Below, piece by piece: positions 1 through 8,365 of a DNA stretch of 64,000 nucleotides (position 1 is its first letter; every line of letters starts with the position of its first letter). The DNA comes from Planctomycetota bacterium (lineage in GTDB: Bacteria > Planctomycetota > UBA11346): the NCBI GenBank assembly GCA_043775355.1, contig JAYVSL010000025.1, forward strand, positions 224-64,223. The letters run 5' to 3'. Below the pieces are notes generated by a model. The model was not told where the DNA came from and searched no databases. It saw only the letters and a list, made by a program, of their open reading frames with translations. Both the position numbers and the translations under genes were made by a program.

Positions 1-646
1 CGAAGAAAAGATTAATCCGGTACATAATCAAAAGCCGGGGCAAGGCAGCATGCGGAGCGCGATCGCCGCTGGGTGCCGGAGGACGCGGTGGCAAGTGACG
101 CCACCGCCACAAGCCGACGCCAACCAACAAGAACGACCCTGCGGCGACTCCATACGCCATCCACGGCGCAACGGTGGATAACCACGCAAACAACAAGAAC
201 GCGATTAAATTGCCGACGCCCCAACCCAAATTGTAACTGCGGATTTTTGCGTGCAGCAGCGGTGGCTTACCACCGGCAGCACCTTCGGCATCGGAAAATA
301 ATCCGGCAGAGCCTGGAAAAAACATTGCGGCGCCAGCGAATCCGCTCATCGCGGCAACCACCGTGGTCCATTGCTGATCGCATACCATCGCCAGCGTGCA
401 ACCACTCAAACCAATGGCAGACCCAAGGATGCCACTGCGTGCGCGTCCCCAACGATCCGCCAAGCGCCCGCCAATAAAGACCAGGCCGCCGTAACACAGA
501 TTCACCACCGTGGTCACCACACCGATTTGCCACGGTGACCAGTCCCACGACGTCCAGCGAACGGTGCCCAGCATTAATGCCAGGATGCTGCCGATCGAAA
601 TGAGCGCGTTGAACGACTGCAAAATAAATGGAGGAGGTGGCTTCAC
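1..646 (-). CDS. MFS-type transporter, N-terminal part only (gene continues beyond the left edge)
   Basis: Absent from the ORF track because it has no stop inside the window. My translation of the - strand downstream of flgD reads ...KPPPPFILQSFNALISIGSILALMLG...WQIGVVTTVVNLCYGGLVFIGGRLADRWGRARSGILG... GxLaDRxGR after the second hydrophobic helix is the MFS signature loop. No ATG; GTG at 646 is a plausible start. Confidence 0.55.
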   Translation of the reverse strand, partial: MKPPPPFILQSFNALISIGSILALMLGTVRWTSWDWSPWQIGVVTTVVNLCYGGLVFIGGRLADRWGRARSGILGSAIGLSGCTLAMVCDQQWTTVVAAMSGFAGAAMFFPGSAGLFSDAEGAAGGKPPLLHAKIRSYNLGWGVGNLIAFLLFAWLSTVAPWMAYGVAAGSFLLVGVGLWRWRHLPPRPPAPSGDRAPHAALPRLLIMYRINLFF

Positions 647-733
647 GGGTGCGGCAGGCTGTGATCCGGCGCCCAGGCGCAAGAGCGCAAAAGCGCAGGT
701 TGCGACGATCTGCGGCGATCCCGTTTTTCGACC

Positions 734-1363
734 TCAGGTACCAATCTGAACCATGTTTGCATACGGGATCGCTAGGCCACCAATGTTGAGCACCAACTCG
801 CCAGCGGTGTCATAGGCAACATTAGTCACTTGGCCTTTGCCCACATTTCCATCGTCCAATTTATAACCCACGGTCTTGCCGAGCAAATTGCCCGCCATGT
901 TGGCGAGGTAGTCGGGGTTGTTGTGCTGTGGCAACACCTGTTTGACGTTATCGATGGGGTAATCGTGGTCAGCGATGGTGACGTAGACCGTTTCCTTAAT
1001 TTGCCGGAAAGAACTGACTTCGCCCTTCACGCTGCCAAATCCAACATCGGGATTTAGACCCTGATCGATCAACTTTTGTTTTTCGCCAGCAGAGATCATC
1101 GACTGCTGGACGTTGACTGACTTACCCATTAATTGCTGCGCCCACGACAAGTCACCGCGGAATTTGGTGAACTGAGTATTTGCCAAGTCCTGCAATTTCT
1201 GCATGTTTTCGACGATTTTAGAAGTCTCTTGTGGGGCCAGCGGATCCTGATGCGCCAGTTCACTCAACATGATTTTCAGGAAGTCCGCATTGCGGAACGC
1301 TGATGCCTGCGTGTCCCCGGCAGATGCTGACGATTGAGTGCTCGAATTCGTTGCGCTGATCAT
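734..1363 (-). CDS. flgD: flagellar hook assembly (capping) protein FlgD-like
   Basis: 209-aa ORF. FLKIMLSELAHQDPLAPQE matches the FlgD N-terminal motif (FLxLLxxQLxxQDPLxP). It is followed by beta-rich GK(S/T)V segments as in the FlgD C-terminal part. Confidence 0.7.
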   Translation of the reverse strand: MISATNSSTQSSASAGDTQASAFRNADFLKIMLSELAHQDPLAPQETSKIVENMQKLQDLANTQFTKFRGDLSWAQQLMGKSVNVQQSMISAGEKQKLIDQGLNPDVGFGSVKGEVSSFRQIKETVYVTIADHDYPIDNVKQVLPQHNNPDYLANMAGNLLGKTVGYKLDDGNVGKGQVTNVAYDTAGELVLNIGGLAIPYANMVQIGT

Positions 1364-1536
1364 GGCGGGCTCCAGTTACCTGACTGCCAACGCAAGGCTC
1401 GTGCCATCTGGCATCCTTGAGGTCTGTTCACCTGGCGAGGACCATCTTGGCGGATGCTACAGTTCCCAGGCCTGCGCCATATTCCACTCTTCCAGGGTCT
1501 TGTGTCGTGCGGCGCAAGGCTTCAAGTAAGCGCTAC

Positions 1537-2301
1537 ATGATCCTCGGACTCATTAGCGATATTCACGGCAACCTCTCGGCACTGAATCAAGTGATTGCCG
1601 ACATGGAAGAAAACGGCGCCGAAAAAGTCATCTGCCTCGGGGACGTGGTCGGCTATGGACCTTACCCTGGGGAATGCCTCGACTTAGTGCGCCGCTGCGG
1701 AGCGGTACTGATGGGCAATCACGAAGAAGCGCTGCTTTTTGGCGCGGAAAATTTCAATCCCAGAGCCAAACGTGCGATCGATTGGACCCGCGATCACTTG
1801 AAGACCGCCGGCGACGAAGTGACTCGTAAGAACCGTTGGCAGATTTTGCAAAACTTGCAGCTCCATGCCCAAGACGGAAATTTCCTTTTCACCCACGCCA
1901 GCCCACGCCAGCCCACACGCGAATACGTGATGCCACGCGACGTCGCGAATCCGGCTAAAATGCAGGAAATTTTCGCACTCATCGGGCATGTCTGTTTCGT
2001 CGGTCACACGCATATTCCCGGCGTTTTCCTTGAAGATCTGACCTTTACTCCGCCCAGCGATTTATGGGGCCACACCTATTTCGTTGAACCCGGTGAAAAA
2101 GCCCTGGTGAATATCGGTTCGGTTGGCCAGCCTCGCGACGGTGATACGCGCGCGTCTTATTGTCTACTCGATACCGAAGTCTCCGCCCCACGAGTCATCT
2201 TTCGCCGGGTCGAATACGACGTCGAATCGACCGCCAAAGCCATTGAAGCGAATAGCTATTTAGACAACTACCTTGCCGAACGCTTGCGGGTTGGCCGCTG
2301 A
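1537..2301 (+). CDS. metallophosphoesterase family protein (calcineurin-like phosphoesterase)
   Basis: ORF 1417-2301. Motifs SDIHGN, GDVVGYGP, GNHE and GHTH are the MPP metal-binding signature. I start at the ATG at 1537 (MILGLISDIHGN), because the 40 upstream codons are Arg/Pro-rich and unlike the family. Confidence 0.8.
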   Translation: MILGLISDIHGNLSALNQVIADMEENGAEKVICLGDVVGYGPYPGECLDLVRRCGAVLMGNHEEALLFGAENFNPRAKRAIDWTRDHLKTAGDEVTRKNRWQILQNLQLHAQDGNFLFTHASPRQPTREYVMPRDVANPAKMQEIFALIGHVCFVGHTHIPGVFLEDLTFTPPSDLWGHTYFVEPGEKALVNIGSVGQPRDGDTRASYCLLDTEVSAPRVIFRRVEYDVESTAKAIEANSYLDNYLAERLRVGR

Positions 2302-2308
2302 TACCTTG

Positions 2309-2329
2309 GCCGAGCGCAATCAGCTCGGC
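2309..2329 (+). terminator. short hairpin after the metallophosphoesterase gene (possible terminator)
   Basis: GCCGAGC-gcaatca-GCTCGGC, a perfect 7-bp stem 8 nt after the stop. It is followed by a weak T-rich tract (gtacgttgtttg). Confidence 0.3.
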
Positions 2330-2456
2330 GTACGTTGTTTGCTCTCCATGGATACGGCTGCCTGAATAAGCAACGACGAATGGTCAACAGGCAAACGTAA
2401 ATCTAGACGTATCCTCTGGTTGTCCATCTTCTGACAGGTACTACGTTTCTCCGCCG

Positions 2457-4544
2457 ATGGACTCGCAAGCACCGAAAAAGAGGCCCAGTGGCACGCGACT
2501 GCCACCGGTCAGCAGAACCGGCAGTGCTGCCGTGGCCCTGGGGCCAATGGTGAAAAGTAAACTCACCGAAGATCCCTTGTGGGGTTACTTCGCGATGAAT
2601 GGAAAATGGATCTGTCCTTATTGTTTGAGCGTCATCAATCGCCGTGTTGGACGTAGTCGTGATGATTCCATTACCATGCATATGGAATCCTGCCGTGGTT
2701 TCGGTAACGGCCATGGCCAGATCCAATTAGTCGAAGTCATCGCCCGCCGACAACAGTATGAAAACCTCGTTCATTTAGCTGACAGCGATCCGTCATGGCG
2801 AGTCTATGACGCATCCGGCACATGGTATTGTCCAGCCTGCCTTGACCGAATTTTGGCGGTCCGCATCCAAGGGAGTCAACTCACCAGTTTTGTGTATCAG
2901 GCCATGGCTGATCACCTCAGCAGCTGCGGATCATACCTGCGTGGTGTACGACCACAGCCCGAAGATGTCCAACGTGCACGTGATCACGCCGCTCGCTTTC
3001 CTGCGTTATTGCAGGCGCTCCAACACAATCTTCAATTTCCAGCATGGCGTTATATTGATGCGCACGGGTTATGGGTTTGCCCCTGCTGCTTGGTGCACGT
3101 GCCCCGAGTGCGCGTGCAGAATGACTCCGACTGGCCACGCGCACCTGAACAAATAACACACCATCTGCTGCGAGAATGCACGGCGTACGCCAACGATCCC
3201 AACCAAGTACAACCAGAAGCTCGGGTACGCGAATCTGCACAGTCGCTGCAGTTTTTACAGCCAACGCCTACCCATCGTACGCCGCTGCCCATTGCCGATG
3301 GCACTCGCGTTTATCGTTCCACTTCACCAGTCGTCGGCAGCGTTCCCACAGCACGTCCAGCCACCAACACGCCGACCAACTACGTACAAACACCACCAAT
3401 TGCACGCCCAGCAATTGGCCGTCAAACGCAAACACCACCCGCTTTGCCCGTCACGCATGGAACTCCGATCGTCAACCGGCGCACTGATACCACGCCCAAA
3501 GGCGCGCCTCAAGTTATCCCCGCGGCAATGCCCGCGATGAATCTATCTCAGATTCCCGTAGCTCAGCCAACAACGCCTACCGCTAAGTCACTCCCAGACG
3601 GCACGCTTTTTGGCACGCTGTCTACTAATTTTCTCGACGGCACCGCACTGGGTTCGCTTGGCGAAGCATCATCCGACATGGATGATGCGCACCACAGTGA
3701 AAACCAGTATAGCAGCGACGACCACAACCATAGCGAGCACGGTCACGGTCTCGGTTGGATGGATCACGCCGAAACCCACGCGCCAACCAATCAGCAAAAG
3801 CCAAGTGCCGAACGAACTGACATGATCAAAGCGCGTGCCGTCCAGGCCGGTTTGATGCAGAAACCGCCCGAAGTCGCCGGTTTCCATTTTGCCGCCTGTT
3901 ACGAAGCCTGCACGGATATCAGCGGTGATTTTTATCAATATATCCGCCTGCCAGATGGACGCGTCGGTTTCGCCATGGGTGATGTCAGCGGTCATGGTGT
4001 GCAAGCTGGTTTAATCATGTCGATGGCGAAAAAGACCTTTGAGATCTACGCCTCCATGGGTCTTTCGCCAGCAGAAACGCTGTCGCGCGTCAACGATGCC
4101 ATCGCTCGCGATTTGGGCGGTAAATTATTTGTCTCGATGGTGTACGCCTTGCTGGATCCAACCACTCGTACGATTACCTGGGCGCGTGCCGGACATACGC
4201 CAAGCCTACGCTACAATGCTGACGATGATAAGGTCGAAGAGATCAAACCGCCGGGCATGGTCGTCGGCATGAAGACCGGGCCCATGTTCCGTAACAGTAT
4301 TCAGGAACAGGTCACCACGGTACGCTCAGGCGACGTCATCTTGCTCTACACAGATGGCATTACCGAGACCATGAATCTGCAGCAGGAAGAATTCGACACC
4401 GAGCGCTTAGTCGAAGTCATGCGCCGCTTCGGCAGTCAAGGCGCCGAAGCTCTAGTAGCGCGCATTATGGAAATTATCCGCCACTTCCGTGGACCACAGC
4501 CACCAGCTGACGATTCCACCTTGCTGGTTTTGACGGTAGATTGA
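2457..4544 (+). CDS. SpoIIE/PP2C-family protein phosphatase (RsbU-like) with an N-terminal triple CPxC...HxxxC zinc-ribbon-like region
   Basis: 695-aa ORF. The C-terminal ~230 aa carry the SpoIIE/PPM motifs (ISGDFYQYI, GDVSGHGVQAGLIMS, LLYTDGITE, DDSTLLVL). The N-terminus has three repeats of W-x-[YF]-x4-G-x-W-x-C-P-x-C-L...H-x3-C. The middle is Pro/Thr-rich with a His/Asp patch. An alternative start is M31 (2547). Confidence 0.85.
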   Translation: MDSQAPKKRPSGTRLPPVSRTGSAAVALGPMVKSKLTEDPLWGYFAMNGKWICPYCLSVINRRVGRSRDDSITMHMESCRGFGNGHGQIQLVEVIARRQQYENLVHLADSDPSWRVYDASGTWYCPACLDRILAVRIQGSQLTSFVYQAMADHLSSCGSYLRGVRPQPEDVQRARDHAARFPALLQALQHNLQFPAWRYIDAHGLWVCPCCLVHVPRVRVQNDSDWPRAPEQITHHLLRECTAYANDPNQVQPEARVRESAQSLQFLQPTPTHRTPLPIADGTRVYRSTSPVVGSVPTARPATNTPTNYVQTPPIARPAIGRQTQTPPALPVTHGTPIVNRRTDTTPKGAPQVIPAAMPAMNLSQIPVAQPTTPTAKSLPDGTLFGTLSTNFLDGTALGSLGEASSDMDDAHHSENQYSSDDHNHSEHGHGLGWMDHAETHAPTNQQKPSAERTDMIKARAVQAGLMQKPPEVAGFHFAACYEACTDISGDFYQYIRLPDGRVGFAMGDVSGHGVQAGLIMSMAKKTFEIYASMGLSPAETLSRVNDAIARDLGGKLFVSMVYALLDPTTRTITWARAGHTPSLRYNADDDKVEEIKPPGMVVGMKTGPMFRNSIQEQVTTVRSGDVILLYTDGITETMNLQQEEFDTERLVEVMRRFGSQGAEALVARIMEIIRHFRGPQPPADDSTLLVLTVD

Positions 4545-4545
4545 C

Positions 4546-5403
4546 GTGACCATGGATCACAAGCCTGCAGCTGGTGCGCGTCCTGCGGTTGACTCCAGCA
4601 GTCGCCTCCCTATTCCTCCAACTCCTGGTTCGCAGCATACCGCGCCAGCACGGGTGGAGCATAAAGCCGTGAAATTGCAAATGGCCGCGTTGACGCACAA
4701 AGGTCGTGTGCGGAACCACAATGAAGACTCACTCTATTTCGACATCCGCGATCGCGTGATGATTGTTTGCGATGGCATGGGCGGGCACGCAGGTGGCCAC
4801 ATCGCCAGCGAACTAGCCGTGCAAGTAGTCTCTAACGGTTTGCGTCAGCTGCGACCATCTGACTGGGGCGATGAAAACCGCGTCATTGAAGCGATGAAGA
4901 GTGCGGTCTTCGGCGCCAATGATCACATCCTGAGCCGTGCCCGCGTCGACACCGGGTTGTCCGATATGGGCACCACCATTGTGGGCTTGGCCTTCATGCT
5001 CGACCGCGTCATCACCGTAAATGTCGGTGACAGTCGCATTTATCGCGTGTGCAAAGACGGCATCGAACAAGTCAGCGAAGACCACAGTTTGGTTGGTGAG
5101 CGCGTGCGCGCCGGATTACTCGATCCCGACAGCGACGAGGCCGCACTGCTCGGCAATATCGTCACGCGCGCGCTCGGCATGGAACAAGTCACCATCGATA
5201 TCACCGTTGAGGGCCTGATGATCGGCGACACGTATCTGCTGTGCAGTGACGGGCTGTCGGATCTGGTGAGCGATGACGATATGTTCGACATCGTCCAAGG
5301 CGCGGAAAGTCTTGAACAAGCCTGCGTCACGATGGTCGACTTAGCCAACCAACGCGGTGGAATCGATAACATCACCGTCGCGTTAGCACGCGCGGTCAAC
5401 TGA
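4546..5403 (+). CDS. PP2C-family Ser/Thr protein phosphatase (Stp/PrpC-like)
   Basis: Motifs THKGRVRNHNEDS, CDGMGGHAGG, LLCSDGLSD and GGIDNITV. The track start is GTG 4546, 1 nt after the upstream stop. ATG 4552 or ATG 4681 (MAALTHKG..., typical family N-terminus) are alternatives. Confidence 0.85.
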   Translation: MTMDHKPAAGARPAVDSSSRLPIPPTPGSQHTAPARVEHKAVKLQMAALTHKGRVRNHNEDSLYFDIRDRVMIVCDGMGGHAGGHIASELAVQVVSNGLRQLRPSDWGDENRVIEAMKSAVFGANDHILSRARVDTGLSDMGTTIVGLAFMLDRVITVNVGDSRIYRVCKDGIEQVSEDHSLVGERVRAGLLDPDSDEAALLGNIVTRALGMEQVTIDITVEGLMIGDTYLLCSDGLSDLVSDDDMFDIVQGAESLEQACVTMVDLANQRGGIDNITVALARAVN

Positions 5404-5424
5404 GCCTTTTCTAAAGAACGTTCC

Positions 5425-5991
5425 ATGGCAACGAGCCGACTTGATTTGGATGCGACTTCCAGCGCGCTGCTGGTCATCGATGTCCAAGAGCGCTTTCTTA
5501 AAGTCGTCCCCGCCATCGCCGCTGATCAGGAGGTTGGTCGCAACTGCCGAATCCTTCTGCAAGCAGCGGGATTATTGCACATTCCCCGATTGATAAGCGA
5601 ACAATATCCCGCCGGTCTTGGCCCCACGTTAGCGCACATCAGCGAAGCAGCGCCAGAGGTCCCTCGCTTAGCCAAGATGCACTTTAGTTGCGCCGAAGAT
5701 CCAGCGATCGCGATCGCGATCGACCAACTTGGCCGTCAGCAATTGGTCATCGCCGGCATCGAAGCCCATGTCTGCATCCTGACCACCGCAGCTGATTTGA
5801 TCTCACGTGGTTACCAAGTCGTCATCGCCGGTGACGCCATCGCGAGCCGCGAACCGAGCCACGTGACGATGGCCATCGCCGCGCTGCGCGACTTGGGAGC
5901 CCTGGTTTTACCGACGGAAACCATCGTCATGCGTTGGCAGCGCGAAGCCGGCGTCGGATGTTTCAAGGCACTCGCTCAGCTGATTCGTTAA
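5425..5991 (+). CDS. isochorismatase-family cysteine hydrolase
   Basis: 188 aa. ALLVIDVQERF near the N-terminus and the IAGIEAHVCI segment are typical of isochorismatase/YcaC-like hydrolases. Confidence 0.8.
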   Translation: MATSRLDLDATSSALLVIDVQERFLKVVPAIAADQEVGRNCRILLQAAGLLHIPRLISEQYPAGLGPTLAHISEAAPEVPRLAKMHFSCAEDPAIAIAIDQLGRQQLVIAGIEAHVCILTTAADLISRGYQVVIAGDAIASREPSHVTMAIAALRDLGALVLPTETIVMRWQREAGVGCFKALAQLIR

Positions 5992-6140
5992 ATGTCTGAT
6001 GTCCGATGTCCGATGTCCGATGTCGTTTTATGCGACGTTGGGCTTAGAGCAGGGATCACTGAACTTAACGGCCCCGTGATGTCGGCGACGAAAATTCTCC
6101 GACATCAGACATCGGACATCGGACATCGGACATTAGACAT
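5992..6140. repeat. inverted arrays of the heptamer ATGTCCG flanking a 74-bp spacer (element copy 1)
   Basis: 5992-6025 reads ATGTCTG ATGTCCG ATGTCCG ATGTCCG ATGTCG. 6100-6140 is the reverse-complement array (CGACATC AGACATC GGACATC GGACATC GGACAT TAGACAT). It fills the whole spacer between two convergent stop codons. Confidence 0.9.
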
Positions 6141-6862
6141 TAGAAGGACGTGAGAAGGGCCATTTCATCCGCCGTGATTTCGCGCATGGTGCCGAGCGCC
6201 AAATCAGCGGGCAATTCCAGGCCGCCAATTTTGTCGCGGTGCAGCTGGATGACCTCGCCGCCTAATTCGGCAATCATGCGCCGGACTTGGTGATAACGAC
6301 CTTCGCTCAAAAAGAGCGTCGCCAAACCCAACCCTTGATGATCATTGCCTTGAAGCTCAAGCCGAGCGGGCAAGGTGGGATTCGGATCGTCACCTAAGGT
6401 CATACCTTTGGCGCAACGTGTCACTGCGTGGTAGGACAATTTACCGCTGTACACAATGCGATAGCGCTTTTCCAAATGACGACGTGGATTCGTCAACGTA
6501 TGAATTAGACCACCATCCGAAGTTATCACTAAAAGCCCGCTGGTATCACGATCGAGTCGACCGGCGCTCTCCAACGACAGATGTTGAAAACTTGCGGGGA
6601 TCAATTCCTCAACCAACGGCGCTTCCTTGGGATCATGACTGCAGGCAAATCCAAGCGGTTTATGCAGTAATAACGTTGCGCCCGCCACGCCGACCACGAC
6701 TTCACGGCGATCGACGGCGATGACTCGGCCATCGATATGTAAACCGTGATTGCGACACACCACGCCATCGACCGACACCCGGCCACGGCGAACTAAATCG
6801 CGTGATTGACTACGGCTACCGAAACCGCGGTGACTGAGAAAGGCGTCAAGTCGAGTGCTCAT
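6140..6862 (-). CDS. rsuA: rRNA pseudouridine synthase, RsuA/RluB family (S4 domain plus catalytic domain)
   Basis: 240 aa. N-terminal S4-like RLDAFLSHRGFGSRSQSRDLVRRGRVSVDG and the catalytic GRLDRDTSGLLV motif. Size fits RsuA. Confidence 0.8.
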   Translation of the reverse strand: MSTRLDAFLSHRGFGSRSQSRDLVRRGRVSVDGVVCRNHGLHIDGRVIAVDRREVVVGVAGATLLLHKPLGFACSHDPKEAPLVEELIPASFQHLSLESAGRLDRDTSGLLVITSDGGLIHTLTNPRRHLEKRYRIVYSGKLSYHAVTRCAKGMTLGDDPNPTLPARLELQGNDHQGLGLATLFLSEGRYHQVRRMIAELGGEVIQLHRDKIGGLELPADLALGTMREITADEMALLTSF

Positions 6863-6895
6863 GGGGCGAGGACCGTATGGCGTCGGCCAAGGACG

Positions 6896-7945
6896 CTAGG
6901 GCCGTCGTACCGCGAGCAACTTGAAACCACCGTTTTGCGACAGCGTCTCAAACTTACCCAAGGCCGCTAAATCGGCCTCGTACGGCAATTGTCGATTTGC
7001 CACCACCAATAATCGCCCGCCAGAAACCAACGCTCCCATGGCCTGACGGAACATGGCGCGAGCAACGGTAAAATCGACAGCGGTACCGGCATGGCACGGC
7101 GGATTCGCCAAGACCAAATCGAAGTCGGTCATCGGCAACGCTTCAGCCACATCCCACCACGCCACCGTCGCACGCGTATGCAGACCCAGATCGTGATCAG
7201 CCAGATTCATGCGTACCGCATCGATCGCCCGCGCGTCTGCATCAACGAAACACGCGTGTGCCTGCGGCCAACGCAACAACGCATTCAGACCGAGATGTCC
7301 GCCGCCACAGCCAATATCAAGGATACGCGACGGCGAGGGCGACGAATTTTCTTCGGCTAAACGCGCCACCAACAATGCGGTTCCTCCATCAAGCATGCCG
7401 TGACTGAAAACCCCAGGCGGCACCACAATCGACGGTGGCTGAGGATGCACGTGAGTCGCTTCCCACAGCGGCACGGCCTTCGCTTCGCCTTGCTCCAACT
7501 GCTGCGGTTCGGCGTTGCGATGAAACAACGCGACACGCGCATGCGAATGATTCGCCAACACCTCCACCGGCTGCTGCAGTGCGGCGGCCAAACGTTTCAC
7601 CCAAGAAACAATGCCAAGCTCATTGCTACCGGTCACCAATAAACGACCGCCAGGAGCAAGCGCGCGCCATGCTTCATCCAATGTTAGCCAGGTCGCCTCA
7701 CGACCTTTTTGAATGCGTACCAAGGCTTGAGAAAACGAACCGCCAGGGATTTTACCATCACTACGGTTGTTTATTTTTTCGGCCGTCGCTGCCAAATGAT
7801 CGCCGCGCCACGGTAAAATGGCCATTCCGCCATGACGACGAACCGCTTGCCAGCCATTCCATTCCACCAACGGCTGAGCAAGGATGACGCCGGCATCAAG
7901 CGCTGGATCTTCCGCTGCTTCCAAAACGCGCGCCGGGCCGCTCAT
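6896..7945 (-). CDS. rsmC: rRNA (guanine-N2)-methyltransferase, RsmC/RlmG-like
   Basis: 349 aa. SAM-binding ILDIGCGGGHLG and the catalytic VLANPPCH (NPPxH) motif lie in the C-terminal half. The two-lobed size is like RsmC. The substrate assignment is an inference. Confidence 0.65.
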   Translation of the reverse strand: MSGPARVLEAAEDPALDAGVILAQPLVEWNGWQAVRRHGGMAILPWRGDHLAATAEKINNRSDGKIPGGSFSQALVRIQKGREATWLTLDEAWRALAPGGRLLVTGSNELGIVSWVKRLAAALQQPVEVLANHSHARVALFHRNAEPQQLEQGEAKAVPLWEATHVHPQPPSIVVPPGVFSHGMLDGGTALLVARLAEENSSPSPSRILDIGCGGGHLGLNALLRWPQAHACFVDADARAIDAVRMNLADHDLGLHTRATVAWWDVAEALPMTDFDLVLANPPCHAGTAVDFTVARAMFRQAMGALVSGGRLLVVANRQLPYEADLAALGKFETLSQNGGFKLLAVRRP

Positions 7946-8151
7946 GATTGGGGCGATGAATCACCATCGCCACGCAATTCTTCAAGCCGCGCGCGGTAAC
8001 GATCTAGCTGCGCCTTGGCCAGACGCACCGATTTGAGTCCAACTTCGTAACGCCCAAGAGCGGCCTCCAAGCCAAGGTCTCCTGTCTCCAATGCCGTAAT
8101 GGCCTCTTCAATGAGTTCGAATTGATCTTCGATGGATATTACTTTGGCCAT
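7942..8151 (-). CDS. xseB: exodeoxyribonuclease VII small subunit
   Basis: 69 aa. FELIEEAITALETGDLGLEAALGRYEVGLKSVRLAKAQLD matches the XseB helical-hairpin consensus. It overlaps the downstream methyltransferase gene by 4 nt. Confidence 0.8.
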   Translation of the reverse strand: MAKVISIEDQFELIEEAITALETGDLGLEAALGRYEVGLKSVRLAKAQLDRYRARLEELRGDGDSSPQS

Positions 8152-8365
8152 GGTCGGCAGCCTAGAACCTCAACCACCACGCGCCAGCAACCCCGTCTGC
8201 CACCCAGGACAGATCGCCCGCGCGTGTGACATCTGAACGATTCCCCCAAAGCTGCTTGGGCCTTGCCGCGCGCGAATGGTCTGCCTAATCTCAGGCGACG
8301 TTACTCAAGCACTTAAGCTCGGATAACATTTCAAACCGCTTCACGAACTCACCAAGAACGAATCG

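Noticed and set aside
1417-1536. 40-codon extension of the metallophosphoesterase ORF
   Set aside because: The family N-terminus (beta-strand followed by DIHGN) starts at ATG 1537. The extension is Arg/Pro/Ser-rich and lies in the divergent promoter region shared with flgD.
5040-5516. 158-aa - strand ORF, plus similar antisense ORFs at 9995-10513, 19154-19882, 29530-30069, 44077-44688 and 49026-49694
   Set aside because: Each is fully embedded antisense in a gene with strong family motifs (PP2C, ABC permease, glnD, dioxygenase, nuoN, nuoL/K). Their compositions are Arg/Ser/Pro-biased, as expected for shadow frames.
5992-6140. Possibility that the short-unit arrays are CRISPR arrays
   Set aside because: The repeat unit is 7 bp with no unique spacers between units. 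The two arms are inverted copies rather than direct repeats separated by spacers. No cas genes are present in the window.
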